Shown here one piece after another: positions 1-15,596 of a DNA stretch of 64,000 nt. The position numbers and the translations under genes were made by a program. Positions within the stretch are counted from its first letter, which is position 1. The number at the start of each line of letters is the position of its first letter. The notes under the pieces were generated by a model, which ran no database searches, was not told the origin of the DNA, and saw only the letters and a list, made by a program, of their open reading frames with translations. The stretch is from Eledone cirrhosa (taxonomy: Eukaryota). The stretch covers positions 221,712,001 to 221,776,000 of the forward strand of contig OZ024740.1 of NCBI GenBank assembly GCA_964016885.1, given 5' to 3'.

Positions 1-9
1 TGAAAGCTA

Positions 10-64
10 CTGGTGCGTGTGTTTCTTATTGGCAACATGACCCTCCCAAAGTATAACAATATAT
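10..64 (+). mobile_element. 3' terminus of the PLE family seen at 53070-53730, ending in (TA)n
   Basis: ctggtgcgtgtgtttcttattggcaacatgaccctcccaaa matches 53675-53715 and, inverted, ~53072-53122. Confidence 0.7.
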
Positions 65-105
65 ATATAAAATTTAGAAGTTTACATACACATAAACTAA
101 ACAAA

Positions 106-162
<57 letters not shown>

Positions 163-231
163 TTTGGGCAACCATTCACGGTGTGGCTCAATGACGAATT
201 AATTAATTAAATAATCAACAATCAGAGCAAT

Positions 232-1022
<791 letters not shown>

Positions 1023-1332
1023 GGGTGTGTGTGTGTCCAAAGTGTATACTCACTTTCATTACCTGTATAGGCAGTATTTAATATATATTAGAATGCTGTT
1101 GAAGTATGTATACATTTTTGGGGACATCATGTATATATATATATATGAGAGTATGTATCAAATTGAGCACGATTCCGTCGAAATATATGTTGTGCGGATG
1201 TGTACCTAAATATACACATTGAGAAAATAGATATGTAATCATGTGAAATTCAGGTATTTGCCTTGTAGAGTGTACACAATTCCCTTTACAATAAAGGAAA
1301 TATAGCAGCAAGAAAGAGCGAGAGAGAGAGAT

Positions 1333-1505
1333 ATTAAAAGAACTAACCGACTCACTAACAATGAGGTGCTGATCTTCGCCTGAATATTCAACCTCTTCAT
1401 CCTTCAGGCAGTGCTACGTACACCATATCCCCAGAAGACTTGGCTTTCAAAAATAGACCATAAACAAGACGACTCCACTTTTGAATCAATATGTGTTCAA
1501 CAGAG
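1333..1505. repeat. Interspersed repeat next to (GA)n, second copy at ~7953-8115
   Basis: shared ccccagaagacttggctttcaaaaataga..ataaacaagacgactccactttt. Confidence 0.7.
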
Positions 1506-1513
1506 AGGGAGAA

Positions 1514-1591
<78 letters not shown>

Positions 1592-1895
1592 TGATGGGGG
1601 GGGGGGGGGTAAATAAGCAAAACTAATAAAGAGGACAGTGATAGAATGGTTCAATGTTTCTGTTGTTGAATTTTTTGTAGTCTATAAGTATTGGAATATT
1701 TTGTTTATGATTGCCAAATCCTTGACGGTATATTGTACCTCCAATTCTGATAGCTTTTAAAGGCCAGCTTTAAAATGTCTTCTTTAAGACTGGTATTTAT
1801 CACATTGGGAAAACAAAGTGCCATAAAATTTCTGAAGTGTCTCCACAAGAGCTTATAGGTAATTCTATACGACATATCCTTCATAAAATATACTT

Positions 1896-2106
1896 TAACC
1901 CTTTAGCATTTAAACTGGCCAGAATTCTCTCACCTCTTTCTGTTCAAACTGGCTGTAACTGGCCGCTCATACTGATGTTAAGGTATTGTTCTCAACATAA
2001 ATGATAGCAAAATCTCACAGATTCAATATTATGTGAAAAAATTATGTAAGATAAAGCCTTTATCATGAAAATATAATAGTGTATATAGAGTAATGTAAAG
2101 GGTTTA
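1896..2106. mobile_element. piggyBac-like MITE
   Basis: ttaaccctttagcatt ... aatgtaaagggttta termini (TTAA/CCC..GGG type). Confidence 0.5.
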
Positions 2107-2219
2107 GGGTTAAGGGTGTTGAATATGAAACATGTCAAAGGTAGTTCTTTGAGTTTAAGGTTTAAACTCGTTTGTATTTCTTTAATTATTATCAATAACG
2201 AGGATAACATCTGTAGCTA

Positions 2220-2448
2220 CATGACCGTGACGATGACGACGATGACGTCGACAACAATGATGATGATGATGATGATGATGGTGGTGCTGATGGTGGTGCT
2301 GATAATGATTCTCACGATGATGATGATGATGATGATGATGATACCGACTATGAAAAAGGATGATGATAATGATACTGACGACGATCACAACGACGACGAC
2401 GATGATGATGATGATTATCTCCAATCTTATTTCGCTCTCTCTCTCTCG

Positions 2449-2515
<67 letters not shown>
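2220..2515. repeat. Compound (GAT/GAC)n, (CT)n, (CA)n microsatellite
   Basis: direct inspection; source of the poly-M/H/D ORFs. Confidence 0.9.
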
Positions 2516-2984
2516 TTCACCCTCTCCTCTCACTCTCTCGCAGTTGTTTGGTCCCAGGTCAACCCCGATCAAGCCGAGGTATGATCAAAGACATTCCAGT
2601 TGTGTCTACATAATCCAACGTGAACGTGCCCATCTTTCGGGAGATATGACTGCTATTTCTAGCAGGTGTAGCAATCACGCAAAGGTTCCCTTATTGACTT
2701 AGTTCTTCTATGTTTGAAGAGGTAGTTGAACGAAATGGGATCAAGCTATGCAAATATGAACATGTAATCTTACGGATGTTCTGGATTAGCCTGAAATTTC
2801 TCCTTTAACTACTCGGCTATTAAACCATGACCATAGAAACAGCGGTTAGTTGGAATTGTTAGTTGGAATCTCGCCACACGAGATTCTTTGGGATATTTCA
2901 GCCATTTACATCTATTAATTTAAAAGCTAAATATGCTTTATTAACAAAAAAAATTTGTTTAAATCGTTCTCAAATCTATATTAA

Positions 2985-3172
2985 ATAACTGTTTCTACTT
3001 TTTGCACAAAGCCAGTAAATATCCCAGTGCATTACTGGTGCTTTATTTTATCGACCCTGTAAGGATGAAAGACAAAGTTAACCTCGACAGGATTTGAACT
3101 CAGACCGTAAAGGGGTATAACTCTATGCTGCAAAACATAGCGTCCGACCCCTTACCGATACTGCCAATCCAC
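2985..3172 (-). mobile_element. tRNA-derived SINE (Octopus OK-like)
   Basis: A box tggcagtatcgg, B box gagttcaaatcc, core tttcatccttac.gggtcgataaaataaag; TSD attaaataac. Confidence 0.85.
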
Positions 3173-3229
3173 ATTAAATAACAACAACTCTACAGAAACG
3201 GATAATGAAGGGAAAAAACGGATAATGAA

Positions 3230-3450
3230 GGGAAGAGCAAGGGCTCTAGGGTCGCAGAAGAATGGGTGGGATAAGAGGGAAAGTGATGGGCTCAAGGCCT
3301 ACGGTGTGGTTGCGTTGGGGTTGCACCCCATGGACAAGACCGAAAAAGCATTTCCACGGACAATGGCCAGCAACACCCGCTACAACAGCCATCCCACCTC
3401 ACGAGACTCCTTCCTCAGACGGGTTGCTGACGTTTCGATCTTGCAGAAGT
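3230..3450 (-). mobile_element. 3' fragment of a CRE/R2-group non-LTR retrotransposon (restriction-like endonuclease C-terminus)
   Basis: minus strand reads ..EVGWLL*RVLLAIVRGNAFSVL.., resembling the WLxQRxSxAxxRGNA motif. Confidence 0.5.
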
Positions 3451-3749
3451 GCTCGGCGGTACAGGGTCCACGTATGTTCTGTTTCTGCTCGCTCTGAGTT
3501 CAAATCCTTCTGTTTCCTAGTTGAGTAGTAGACTTAATAGTCATCCGGTTCTAACACAACTACCAGGCACCTGGATCTCTTTACCAGACTCCACTCTGTG
3601 ACAAGTCTTCTGGCTAGATCTTCGGTTTCAGTTTACCTTTCTCCCACACTCCCTCTCAGCTGTTTCGAAAGCCAAAAAGAAGGTAATGATTTCTTCGATT
3701 AAATCCTTGACTAAACAGTAAAAATGATTCATGAATTTGTCACAGGGGC

Positions 3750-3922
3750 AGCAATTGGGGAGGGGGAAGTCAGTTATATCGACTCCTGTACTTTTATGGC
3801 ATGATATTTTATCGACTTCAAAAGGATGAAAGTAAAGTTAATCTCGCGTGGGATTTGAACTCAGAACGTAAAGAACATAATTGAATACCGCAAGGCATTT
3901 TGTCCGGTGCCAATCCGCCATT
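3750..3922 (-). mobile_element. Older, diverged SINE copy
   Basis: ggatgaaagtaaagttaatctcgcgtgggatttgaactcag. Confidence 0.7.
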
Positions 3923-4501
3923 AGCGGTAAGTACAAAGATATATAATTTTCATTGCGTCACGTATCTTCCTGAGATTTATGACTGGACATTTTATATTTT
4001 CATATCAAGCTTGTTGCCAACCGATGTTGCCTGCTTGTGTGTTCGTTATTCGAGACAACGTTCGTCAACCGAGACATTTTGTTGCGAATACCTATTCGTG
4101 TACCAACATGTTCGTGATATGAAGGGTTCGTGAGCTGAGGTTGGATCGATGGGATTGTGTACGGAAATAAAATTACAGGAAAAGATTTATAGGCAAAAGT
4201 CATACTTTTGGCTAGGGAAATGAAAGGTTTAAATCAGAATTTAAGTGTTTTTGGTGTCTTTTCTGATAGCTTTATAGTGAAGGTGCGTGACTTAGTGGTT
4301 AAACTGTTGGTTTCACAATCAGAATATTGTAAGACCATACTCATTGAGTTAGACACTTTATTTCAGGTTGTCCCACTTTACTCAGCGAGAAAAACATGTG
4401 TTGCGACGTCACTGGGGTCAAACTGTATTGACCTTTCCCTTTGACATGCTGGTCTTCCATAAAAAAACCCATGGTCAACCATGACGAAAGGGAGACTAGA
4501 A

Positions 4502-4625
4502 TACGAGCGTGGGCTGAAAAGTTCATAGCCTGACTATGAAGGATTGATACTAAAGCTGTGAAATCTTGCATGCATTAATTTCAACTTTTCTTATAAATAA
4601 CTGCATTGTTTATTTCTAGTGACTA
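4502..4625. mobile_element. mariner-type terminal remnant (similar remnant at ~59030-59130)
   Basis: tacgagcgtgggctgaaaagttcatag TIR-like start. Confidence 0.45.
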
Positions 4626-4744
4626 TGTTTAAAAATAAACGTCATTTCGTCATACCATGAGAGTATCTTGGTCAGCCTATGAACCTTTCAGCCGACCTTC
4701 GTACATAGATGTATGTTTCCACATTAAACTACCATTTTTATGTA

Positions 4745-5202
4745 TTGGCAATATCGGTAGAGGGTCGGACGCCATGCTTTGCAGTATAGAGTTACGGCGC
4801 TTTCATCCTTACGGGGTCGATAAAATAAAGTACCAGTAATGCACTGAGATAATTGCTGACCTTGTGCCAAAAGTAGAAACAATTATGACCGGGTGTTTAA
4901 ATCCCGCCTAGGTTAACTTTGCCTTACATCCTTACGGGGTCAATAAAATAAAGTACCGGTAATACACTGGGATAATTGCTGGCCTTGTGCCAAAAGTAGA
5001 GACAATTATTACTGGGATTGGCCGGATCGGTAGAGGGTCGGACACCATGATTTGCAGCATAGAGTTACGCCCCTTTACGGTTTGAGTTAAAATCCCGCCT
5101 GAGGTTCACTTTGCCTTTCTTCCTTACGGGGTCGATAAAGTAAAGTACCAGTAATGTACTGGGATAATTGCTGGCCTTGTGCCAAAAGTAGAAACAATTA
5201 TT
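4745..5202 (+). mobile_element. Three tandem SINE copies (two partial or deleted)
   Basis: three repeats of catccttacggggtcgataaaataaagtacc...gtgccaaaagtagaaacaattat. Confidence 0.85.
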
Positions 5203-5372
5203 ACTGACAAAGCTTGGGTCGAAGTGAACTCATAGTTAATGACACTTGTCCAGGATGCCTGGCATTAAGACCCCCATTATGATTGCAAAGTAAACGCCTA
5301 AACCATTCGGTGATGTTGCGTCCAATGACATGGATTTGGAATTCCTTCCATTAGCTTTGTTTTTGTATTTTT

Positions 5373-5455
5373 TATTGGGTCATCAAGTATGAGATTTGTA
5401 GAAATTTCTTTTATTATTAGAAATTTCTACAAATTTCATACTTGACGACCCAATA
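5373..5455. mobile_element. ~83-bp palindromic mariner-like MITE; second copy 26301-26382
   Basis: tattgggtcatcaagtatga.atttgtagaaattt / aaatttctacaaatttcatacttgacgacccaata, TA ends. Confidence 0.75.
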
Positions 5456-5730
5456 GTTCAATCTGTTGCTGTTTGAAATAAATATCTTGTTATAGAATAT
5501 AATTACATGGATGATAATCGATAAATAATTAGCAATAAATAAATGATTAGCATCATAAGCTGCAATAAATGTTATATATATATTTTTAATCTTCTTTAAT
5601 CTTGTAAATAAATTCCGGTATGGATGAAACTACAACAAATATAAATATATACAGATCTGTGGTAAAACATGACGAGTTACGTCCCTTACATCGGGTACAA
5701 TAAATAGTGCAAAATAAGTGTTGGCGTCGT

Positions 5731-5791
<61 letters not shown>

Positions 5792-6255
5792 GAAATGAAT
5801 ACCGCAAGTATTCGATCCGGTTTTCTAATATCAATTCGTTGCCTTTACGTAGCTATACAATAATTAATATTAGATACCTTTACATTCATGTATTGAATGA
5901 AGTGTGAAAAAGAAGAAAAACAAAGAAGAAAAACAAAAAAGAAAACACATTATTTCTCAAATAATTGAAATTTACTACTGACCAAAATCATTCCATGGCA
6001 AAAATATTGAAATAATGTCTTCGAAATATTGAAATATTCAAATGATCCTTGAAATATTTCGAGAGAAAATTAACTTTTCCGTGCGAATTACGTTAAAGGT
6101 ACACGTGTCTGTGGATTTCTCAGCCACTCGCACCTTAATTTTAAAAATAAGTCTTTCCACGGACAAAACAACGATAACACCCAAAACCGTCAGAAGTCAA
6201 TTTATTTATAGTTAATTTTATTAATGTATCTTTAACAATTTAGTGATTTTACAAT

Positions 6256-6580
6256 AGGCGGCGAATTTGGGAGAGTAGTTAGAATGTTGGATAGAATGCT
6301 TGCGGTATTTGTTTTTTACTGTCTGAGTTCAAACCCCACCGAGGTCAATTTTGCCTTTCATCCTTTCGAGGTTGATAAAAAAAAGTACCAGTCTAGTACT
6401 GGGGTCGAATCTTCCTCTATATCTCTTTCTCACATCCATTCTCTCATTCTGTCTATCCTTCTCTGGAAGAAATCTGCTGTATTCAGACCTGGAGAGGGTA
6501 TGGACCCCGCCAGGTTTAAAAAATGCCTTTGAAACGCCGTATATCAGTACGGCGCCCCTACGACTTCCTCAGGAGTTACA
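6256..6580 (+). mobile_element. Older SINE subfamily with extended 3' tail (relatives at ~31640-31870, 48240-48520, 55870-56110)
   Basis: B box gagttcaaacccc plus shared tail ctatccttctctggaagaa.tctg. Confidence 0.6.
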
Positions 6581-6628
6581 GGACAAAAAGAAGATTTTAT
6601 AATAAAGTGATTTAGTAGAATTTATAGA

Positions 6629-6818
6629 ATAATTGTTTCTACTTTAGGCACAAGGCCAGCAATTACCCAGTGCATTACTGGTACTTTATTTTATCGACCC
6701 CGTAAGGATGAAAGGCAAAGTCAACCTTGGCAGGATTTGAACTCAGATCGTAAATGGACGTAACTATGCTGGAAAGAATGGCGTCCGACCCTCTACCGAT
6801 ACTGCCAATCCACCGCCC
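6629..6818 (-). mobile_element. Full-length young SINE
   Basis: complete consensus; TSD tagaatttatagaataat. Confidence 0.9.
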
Positions 6819-6844
6819 TTGTGAATTTATAGAATTTATAGAAT

Positions 6845-6990
6845 AATGAGAAAAAAAAATGAACGCAAGGATAGCTGCCAAAACAGCAATATGCCGTCAA
6901 TGACGTCGTTGGGTAAAATCTTACCTCAAATTGCTGTTTTGGAAGTTATCTTTACATTGACCTTTTCTCGTTATTCTATAAATTCTAATA
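6845..6990. mobile_element. Internally deleted copy of the palindromic MITE at 42915-43280
   Basis: aacgcaaggatagctg..aatgac..ttgggtaaaa shared. Confidence 0.5.
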
Positions 6991-7147
6991 CACTCGCGCC
7001 TCAACTTCGAGAAAACTTTGTTTACAAAGTAATTTAAGATTTTATAATATCTTTAATCACTTTTAGTATAAAATATAGAATGAATAGAGAGATTTTGACC
7101 ATAATACTTTATGGTGTTATACGATCTTACTGATTTACCAACATTAT

Positions 7148-7325
7148 AAATGCACTGGGTAATTGCTGGCCTTGTGCCTAAAGTAGAAACAATTATAAAT
7201 TAAACATCATCCCGCCGAGGTTGACTTTGCCTTTCATCCTTACGGGGTCGATAAAATAAAGTACCAGTAATGCACTGGGTAATTGCTGGCCTTGTGCCTA
7301 AAGTAGAAACAATTATAAATTAAAT
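7148..7325 (+). mobile_element. Two 5'-truncated SINE pieces in tandem
   Basis: both end gtgcctaaagtagaaacaattataaattaaa. Confidence 0.8.
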
Positions 7326-8154
7326 ATAATCTCATTCCACTAATGCTGTAAGAAAGCTGCGTAATGGAAATATATTAGAGTGATATCTTAATGTTTATAA
7401 CTGGTACCAAGTGCTGATTTGATATAGATCATTCACTTGAAAGGATTAATGATAATGAAATCTATATACTGTCATGTTGAAGGGCTGGGCATATTTTGTT
7501 TTCAAGCGTGTTTCTTTATTTGTTAGAAGCAACAAACAGATCTTCTGTCAGACCAAACAGTGACACCACACTCTGAGAAGCAGTTGTGTATAAGCTTTGC
7601 ATGAGTTATTTAAACCAAAACCCCTAATAAGGTAGTGAGACATAAGTAGGAACGTGGAAAATGTGTAAACATTGCTATGTGTTTGCCACTCAACCTTGAG
7701 TATATCTTCGCCGTCATATCAAAGCATACCTTTAGATTTTGAACTAGGGTTATCTACCATTACACAGCAAGAAGATGGAAAGTGATTCAGTCTGTCATGA
7801 CTGACGGCGAATAGCAAGATATCTATGTCGGCTGTGGAACATGCGTCCTTGAAACACTGTTTTACAACAGTAAGACCTGACACCTCTACTTCAGACAAAA
7901 GTGTCGTCTCAGTGCCTTCCTTATTCACTGCATAAAATACGTCGTTTTATACATTAAAAGAACTAACCGAATCACTAACAATGAGGCGCTGATTCTCGCC
8001 TAATTCTCGCGCTGATTCTCGCTATGTATACCATACCCCAGAAGACTTGGCTTTCAAAAATAGAGCATAAACAAGACGACTCCACTTTTTGTATCAAATA
8101 TGTGTTCAACAGAGAGGGAGAAAGGGAGAGAGAGGGCGAGTGCGTGTGTGTGTG

Positions 8155-8189
<35 letters not shown>

Positions 8190-9193
8190 GAAAGAGAGTC
8201 GAAATCATATCGAAAAGCCGGAGGACATTGCTGGAGGGCGGAACTGGTCGGGGTGTTAAAAAGAGGTGAAGAAGAAATCGAGGTTTGCTATTGAACAGCA
8301 GTTGGAGATGTCTAACAGATAGTGCCTTCAAAGGAAGTTGATGCAGTTAGCGCTGTAACTACCGGAGTAAACGTTGTTTTGCCAACAAGGCCAACGCTTA
8401 ACTGTTCAGGGACATAACCATAGGCTGGTGAAAGTAGTGGATGCTAGACTGATCAAAGCTAAAGACTTAAAATAACAATACGAATGGCAATGAGTTAAAT
8501 TAAATTTGTGTGCAATAGAAAATATGATTGTTTTAGATAAGGTTTCGCTGAAAATGTAATTTAAAACGTAATCAATTAAAAATTATTAAATAATGTCCCT
8601 TTGATAATAATATTAAATAGAATAAAGATTTTTCCAGCAAATTAAGTTTTCTTTAGTAAAAGCATCGATTTCAGTAAAGATGCCTGTGGGAGAACATTTT
8701 AAAATGCTTTATAGCATTTTTTTTTTTTTGTAGTAAACATTGAGGTATGGCGTGAAATTTTATTTGAATTGGATTTGCAGTTCAGTTACCATTACCAATT
8801 CAACGTTGTTGAAGTCAAGAGAAAATAATAAATATCAACTATTTTATTTCTTCAGTTTGATATCTGAGGTTTCATGAGATAATTGAATAAGATTTCATAG
8901 CGATAATAATTTTTAAAACATAAAACATTTAACTCACGATATTTCAGTCCAAGGTTTAAATAGACAGAGTATGGAGTACAGCTCGGTTATTTCACAAATA
9001 TCTAAATTGATTAAAGATCAAATCATTGGATGACATTCTCCTCTACTGATGTGTTTAGTATAAATTAGATGTGAAGTCCTGTGACTTAGTGGTTAGGGTG
9101 TTAAGCTTACAATTATAAAATAATGAGTTCGATTCCAGCTGGAGTACTGTGTTCTATTTATCTTTCTATCGCTTTACACACACACGCACACAC

Positions 9194-11169
<1,976 letters not shown>

Positions 11170-11170
<1 letters not shown>

Positions 11171-11270
11171 AATAGGATAATAAAATAAAATAAAATAAAA
11201 TAAAATAAAATAAAATAAAATAAAATAAAATAAAATAAAATAAAATAAAATAAAATAAAATAAAAAAATA
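11170..11270. repeat. (TAAAA)n microsatellite
   Basis: direct inspection. Confidence 0.9.
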
Positions 11271-11479
11271 AATTTACAATATTTTAGGATATACTAAAAT
11301 CTATATGTAACTTCATAAATAGGTGCATGAAAAAAAAAGGGTTAAGGTAAAAAACGAGGGGGGGTGGGATACAGGAGAAGGTGCGCGTATCCATGTGATA
11401 TACTACACACAGGTAGTATGAGGTGCAAACTTGTGGACGTATATAGAACAAGTAACAGTAGCAGAACAACAATAGAACA

Positions 11480-11573
11480 ATAATTGTTTCTACTTTAGGC
11501 ACAAGGCCAGCAAATTACCCAGTGCATTACTGGTACTTTATTTTATCGACCCCGTAAGGATGAAAGGCAAAGT
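11480..11573 (-). mobile_element. 5'-truncated SINE
   Basis: 3' half of consensus. Confidence 0.85.
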
Positions 11574-11706
11574 CTTCCAAAGTGGAAAGTGTGGAGAGTA
11601 TATAGTCTCGATTGACGGGGTACACATTCAAGGGGACGCCCGGCCCGGTCGCCATGGGGCATGGCACCGTGGCTGGGGTGTGCTGTTCTATATGTTTGGG
11701 GTATTC

Positions 11707-11758
<52 letters not shown>

Positions 11759-11804
11759 TATCGAATACGGTTGGCTTCTTGCTACAATAATTTCTATAGT
11801 TTTC

Positions 11805-11877
<73 letters not shown>

Positions 11878-11879
11878 TT

Positions 11880-13301
11880 AATATTATACTTGAAGCTAGA
11901 CGCACAGTAGTGCACTTTGAAAATAGTTATTGGGTCCGCAGGGATAGACCCTCGGAATTCGACATTACGATGGGTTCTCATGATTCGGCGGAGGTCACGG
12001 ATTTGGTTGGGATCTATATAGCCCATAGACTCCAGAGCGAATTTACGGACCTCCACGGCGGAATATACCGCGACGATACACTTCTATTAGTCAAGAATAT
12101 GAACAAACAAAACCTAGAAAGGCGACGTAAAAACATTAGGAAACTTTTCTTAGAACTAGGGCTTAATATTACCTTTGAACACAATCTTAAGGTGGTCAAC
12201 TTCTTGGATGTCACCTTCAACCTTAATAACGGTAATATAGAGCCATTTCACAAACTTAATGAAAATCTTAAGTACGTTAATGTAAAATCGAACCATCCTC
12301 ATTCGATTATTAAATCTATCCCTAAAAATATATCCATAAGGATCTCCCGACTGTCGTCTAATTTGCAGACCTTCAACGAGCATGCTGAATATTATAATGA
12401 CGCACTTAGAAAAGCTGGTTACTGCGAGAAAATTGAATATCTAGACGATAACCACATAAGTACTATGAATAAAACACATCTAAGTCGAACTAGTATTGCA
12501 CCACACACACACATCAATAGGCATACTAATAGGTGCAAACCAGCAAATAGAGTCAGACGTAGAGAGTACATATGGTATAACCCCGTGTACAATTCTTCTA
12601 TTAGCACTAAGATTATCTCACAATTCTATACACTAATCAATAAACACTTTACAACTTCACATAAATACTATAAAATCTTTAACTCGCGCACCATTAGACT
12701 CTCATACTCCACTGCACCTAACATAGAACAACTAATTAGAAAACTCAACTCAGCAATACTGAATAAGTACATCCCTAATGACTCAGCGCACCAGCATAGC
12801 AACATACAACACACTAATACGCAACCACAACCCCACCAAACTATCCAGGATTCTACTGCAAAACATAAAAATAATTGTAACTGCACCAAACCAGGTACGT
12901 ACCCACTGAATAACCAGTGCCTAGCACGCAATATTGTCTACCGATGTACAATAAATTCCGGAACCAACAAATGGTATTACGTCGGATGTACCGCAACTTC
13001 TTTCAAGGCTCGCCTATACCAACATCGATCTTCGATCAGGTACGAGAAAATGCGCTCCGTAACAACCCTCGCCGATAAAGCCTGGCAGCTTCGGAGGAAC
13101 AATCAAGCGTTCTCCCTTGATTGGCAAATTATTGCAGCTGCGCCTGCATATCAGCAAAATCATCGATTCTGCAAGTTATGCAATTTAGAGATATACTGCA
13201 TTTTAACGTCGGTAAACAAACTTTTGAACAGCAAAATTGAACGTTCTCTATACTGTAACCATCGTTTGAAAACGACTTTTTCTTTTGTTAAATGCATATA
13301 A
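11880..13301 (+). CDS. 5'-truncated Penelope-like element ORF (RT + C-terminal GIY-YIG endonuclease; Nematis-like)
   Basis: FDITMGS, GGIYRDD, NFLDVTF, SNHP, WYNP, CNC..CL, VY..YVG, CKLC..E, LN..E..CNH; the tracked ORF start at 11661 is (TA)n read-through. Confidence 0.9.
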   Translation, partial: NIILEARRTVVHFENSYWVRRDRPSEFDITMGSHDSAEVTDLVGIYIAHRLQSEFTDLHGGIYRDDTLLLVKNMNKQNLERRRKNIRKLFLELGLNITFEHNLKVVNFLDVTFNLNNGNIEPFHKLNENLKYVNVKSNHPHSIIKSIPKNISIRISRLSSNLQTFNEHAEYYNDALRKAGYCEKIEYLDDNHISTMNKTHLSRTSIAPHTHINRHTNRCKPANRVRRREYIWYNPVYNSSISTKIISQFYTLINKHFTTSHKYYKIFNSRTIRLSYSTAPNIEQLIRKLNSAILNKYIPNDSAHQHSNIQHTNTQPQPHQTIQDSTAKHKNNCNCTKPGTYPLNNQCLARNIVYRCTINSGTNKWYYVGCTATSFKARLYQHRSSIRYEKMRSVTTLADKAWQLRRNNQAFSLDWQIIAAAPAYQQNHRFCKLCNLEIYCILTSVNKLLNSKIERSLYCNHRLKTTFSFVKCI

Positions 13302-13710
13302 TGTTACCTTTCTACACCACCGTTTGCAAATTTCTGTCTTATATGTTTATACACAAGATATGGCTTTCTATAATAATAGTACTAAACACTGTTTTTCTGG
13401 ACCCCTTTAGAAATAACCTGCTACTATAATAGCCCTAATAACTTGTCTGTGACACTGTACCACTTTGACCCCTTTAACTAAATTTTGTCCGAACAACACC
13501 ACTAGAAGAATCTACTTCCCCGCCAACCTTAGCACGTCTCATTAAGCTAACTGCTGCCAAAACATTCTCTCCTCACAATCTCTACTAGTCTGACAGTCTT
13601 AAATCCTAAGACTCCCTCCACCTTACTCACTTCCCTCTTCCCTTCTCTTCCTACCTCCTTCTTTATCTTTTATCTAGTGTATAAAATATTTTCATATCAT
13701 TCTAATACAA

Positions 13711-13827
13711 AGGTCTGAAGACATGGTGTGTTTGCTTACAGTGTACCTTCGGTTTATGATAATATTTGTACATTATTCAAATAGCGAGGTATAGGTAACC
13801 CATACACTATAGAAACAATTGTTACCT
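13711..13827 (+). ncRNA. Type I hammerhead ribozyme with ~90-nt stem II
   Basis: aggt-CTGAAGA-c-atggtgtgt...atacactat-a-GAAA-caattg-T-T-acct; palindromic stem III. Confidence 0.8.
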
Positions 13828-13871
13828 AATAAATTCTATATACCCGCATTTCCATTTCGTAAACTTCTTCT

Positions 13872-13944
<73 letters not shown>

Positions 13945-13983
13945 ATATCCATACATACACATAAATAAACAAACACACACACT

Positions 13984-14059
<76 letters not shown>

Positions 14060-14159
14060 CACACATATATATATACACACATACATACACACACACACAT
14101 ACATACACACATATATACGCACACCCATATATAGATATATATATACACACCTACATACG

Positions 14160-14345
14160 CACACACAATTAATTATAATAAAAAATAAAAAACAATGAAC
14201 AACCATATAATTCAATAGGCCGCCACATACAAATAAAAAAATAAAGAATAAGACTTAAGAAAATAAAAATTATAAGTAAGTTGACAGCGATACAGGAAAG
14301 GACACAAATAAATAAACAAACACACATATACACATATACATCCAT
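14160..14345 (-). repeat. Interspersed repeat, inverted copy at ~21210-21385
   Basis: tgtgtcctttcctgtatcgctgtcaa shared. Confidence 0.75.
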
Positions 14346-14353
14346 ACATATAA

Positions 14354-14990
<637 letters not shown>

Positions 14991-15047
14991 ATATATACAA
15001 AAAGTTACATCACCAAGATAATAAAAAAACACACACATATAAACAAC

Positions 15048-15130
<83 letters not shown>

Positions 15131-15134
<4 letters not shown>

Positions 15135-15527
15135 ATAATAATAAAATTGAAGACTAAAATCCAAAGAGGGCTCGATAAGGAAAATATATATCAAATATAT
15201 AAGAACCGTAGAGCAAATATTTATTAAAATAACAGATTAAAGTTTAAGCAAAGAATCGCTGCTTTCACCCTTAACGGGATCTTCTGAAACTAACAAAGTC
15301 AATCTGTAAACGACACCGCTCCTATTAATGACGTATTATTCGTTTTTTCCCGTTCTTTGCCAGCGAACGTTACCACGAACCAAAGTATCGTCTTCCTGTC
15401 TTCCTCCGGTTGCAACGTTTTTTGAAATATCCAGTTCTGCGTTTACAGATTGACTTTGTTAGTTTCAGAAGATCCCGTTAAGGGTGAAAGCAGCGATTCT
15501 TTGCTTAAACTTTAATCTGTTATTTTA

Positions 15528-15535
<8 letters not shown>
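15131..15535. mobile_element. Head-to-head PLE-type terminus in (TA)n; family also at 55659-55785 and 62337-62560
   Basis: arms ~15217-15312 vs ~15440-15535. Confidence 0.8.
15461..15511 (+). ncRNA. HHR-like motif with CAGAAGA core (inverted copy 15241-15291)
   Basis: agttt-CAGAAGA-tccc gttaa gggt-GAAA-gca..tgc-T-T-aaact. Confidence 0.65.

Positions 15536-15596
<61 letters not shown>

Larger units (their letters stand above)
11875..13874 (+). mobile_element. PLE copy including 3' UTR and HHR, flanked by (TA)n on both sides
   Basis: ORF above, HHR at 13711, abrupt (TA)n junctions. Confidence 0.85.

Noticed and set aside
2099-2118. Telomere-like ggtttagggttaaggg
   Set aside because: Only about two units, overlapping a MITE end.
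11661-11880. Hydrophobic N-terminus of the 546-aa ORF
   Set aside because: (TA)n read-through upstream of the truncated PLE.
13754-13792. SECIS-like ATGA..GA within the HHR stem II
   Set aside because: Spacing and apical AA do not fit, and the visible ORF has no in-frame TGA.
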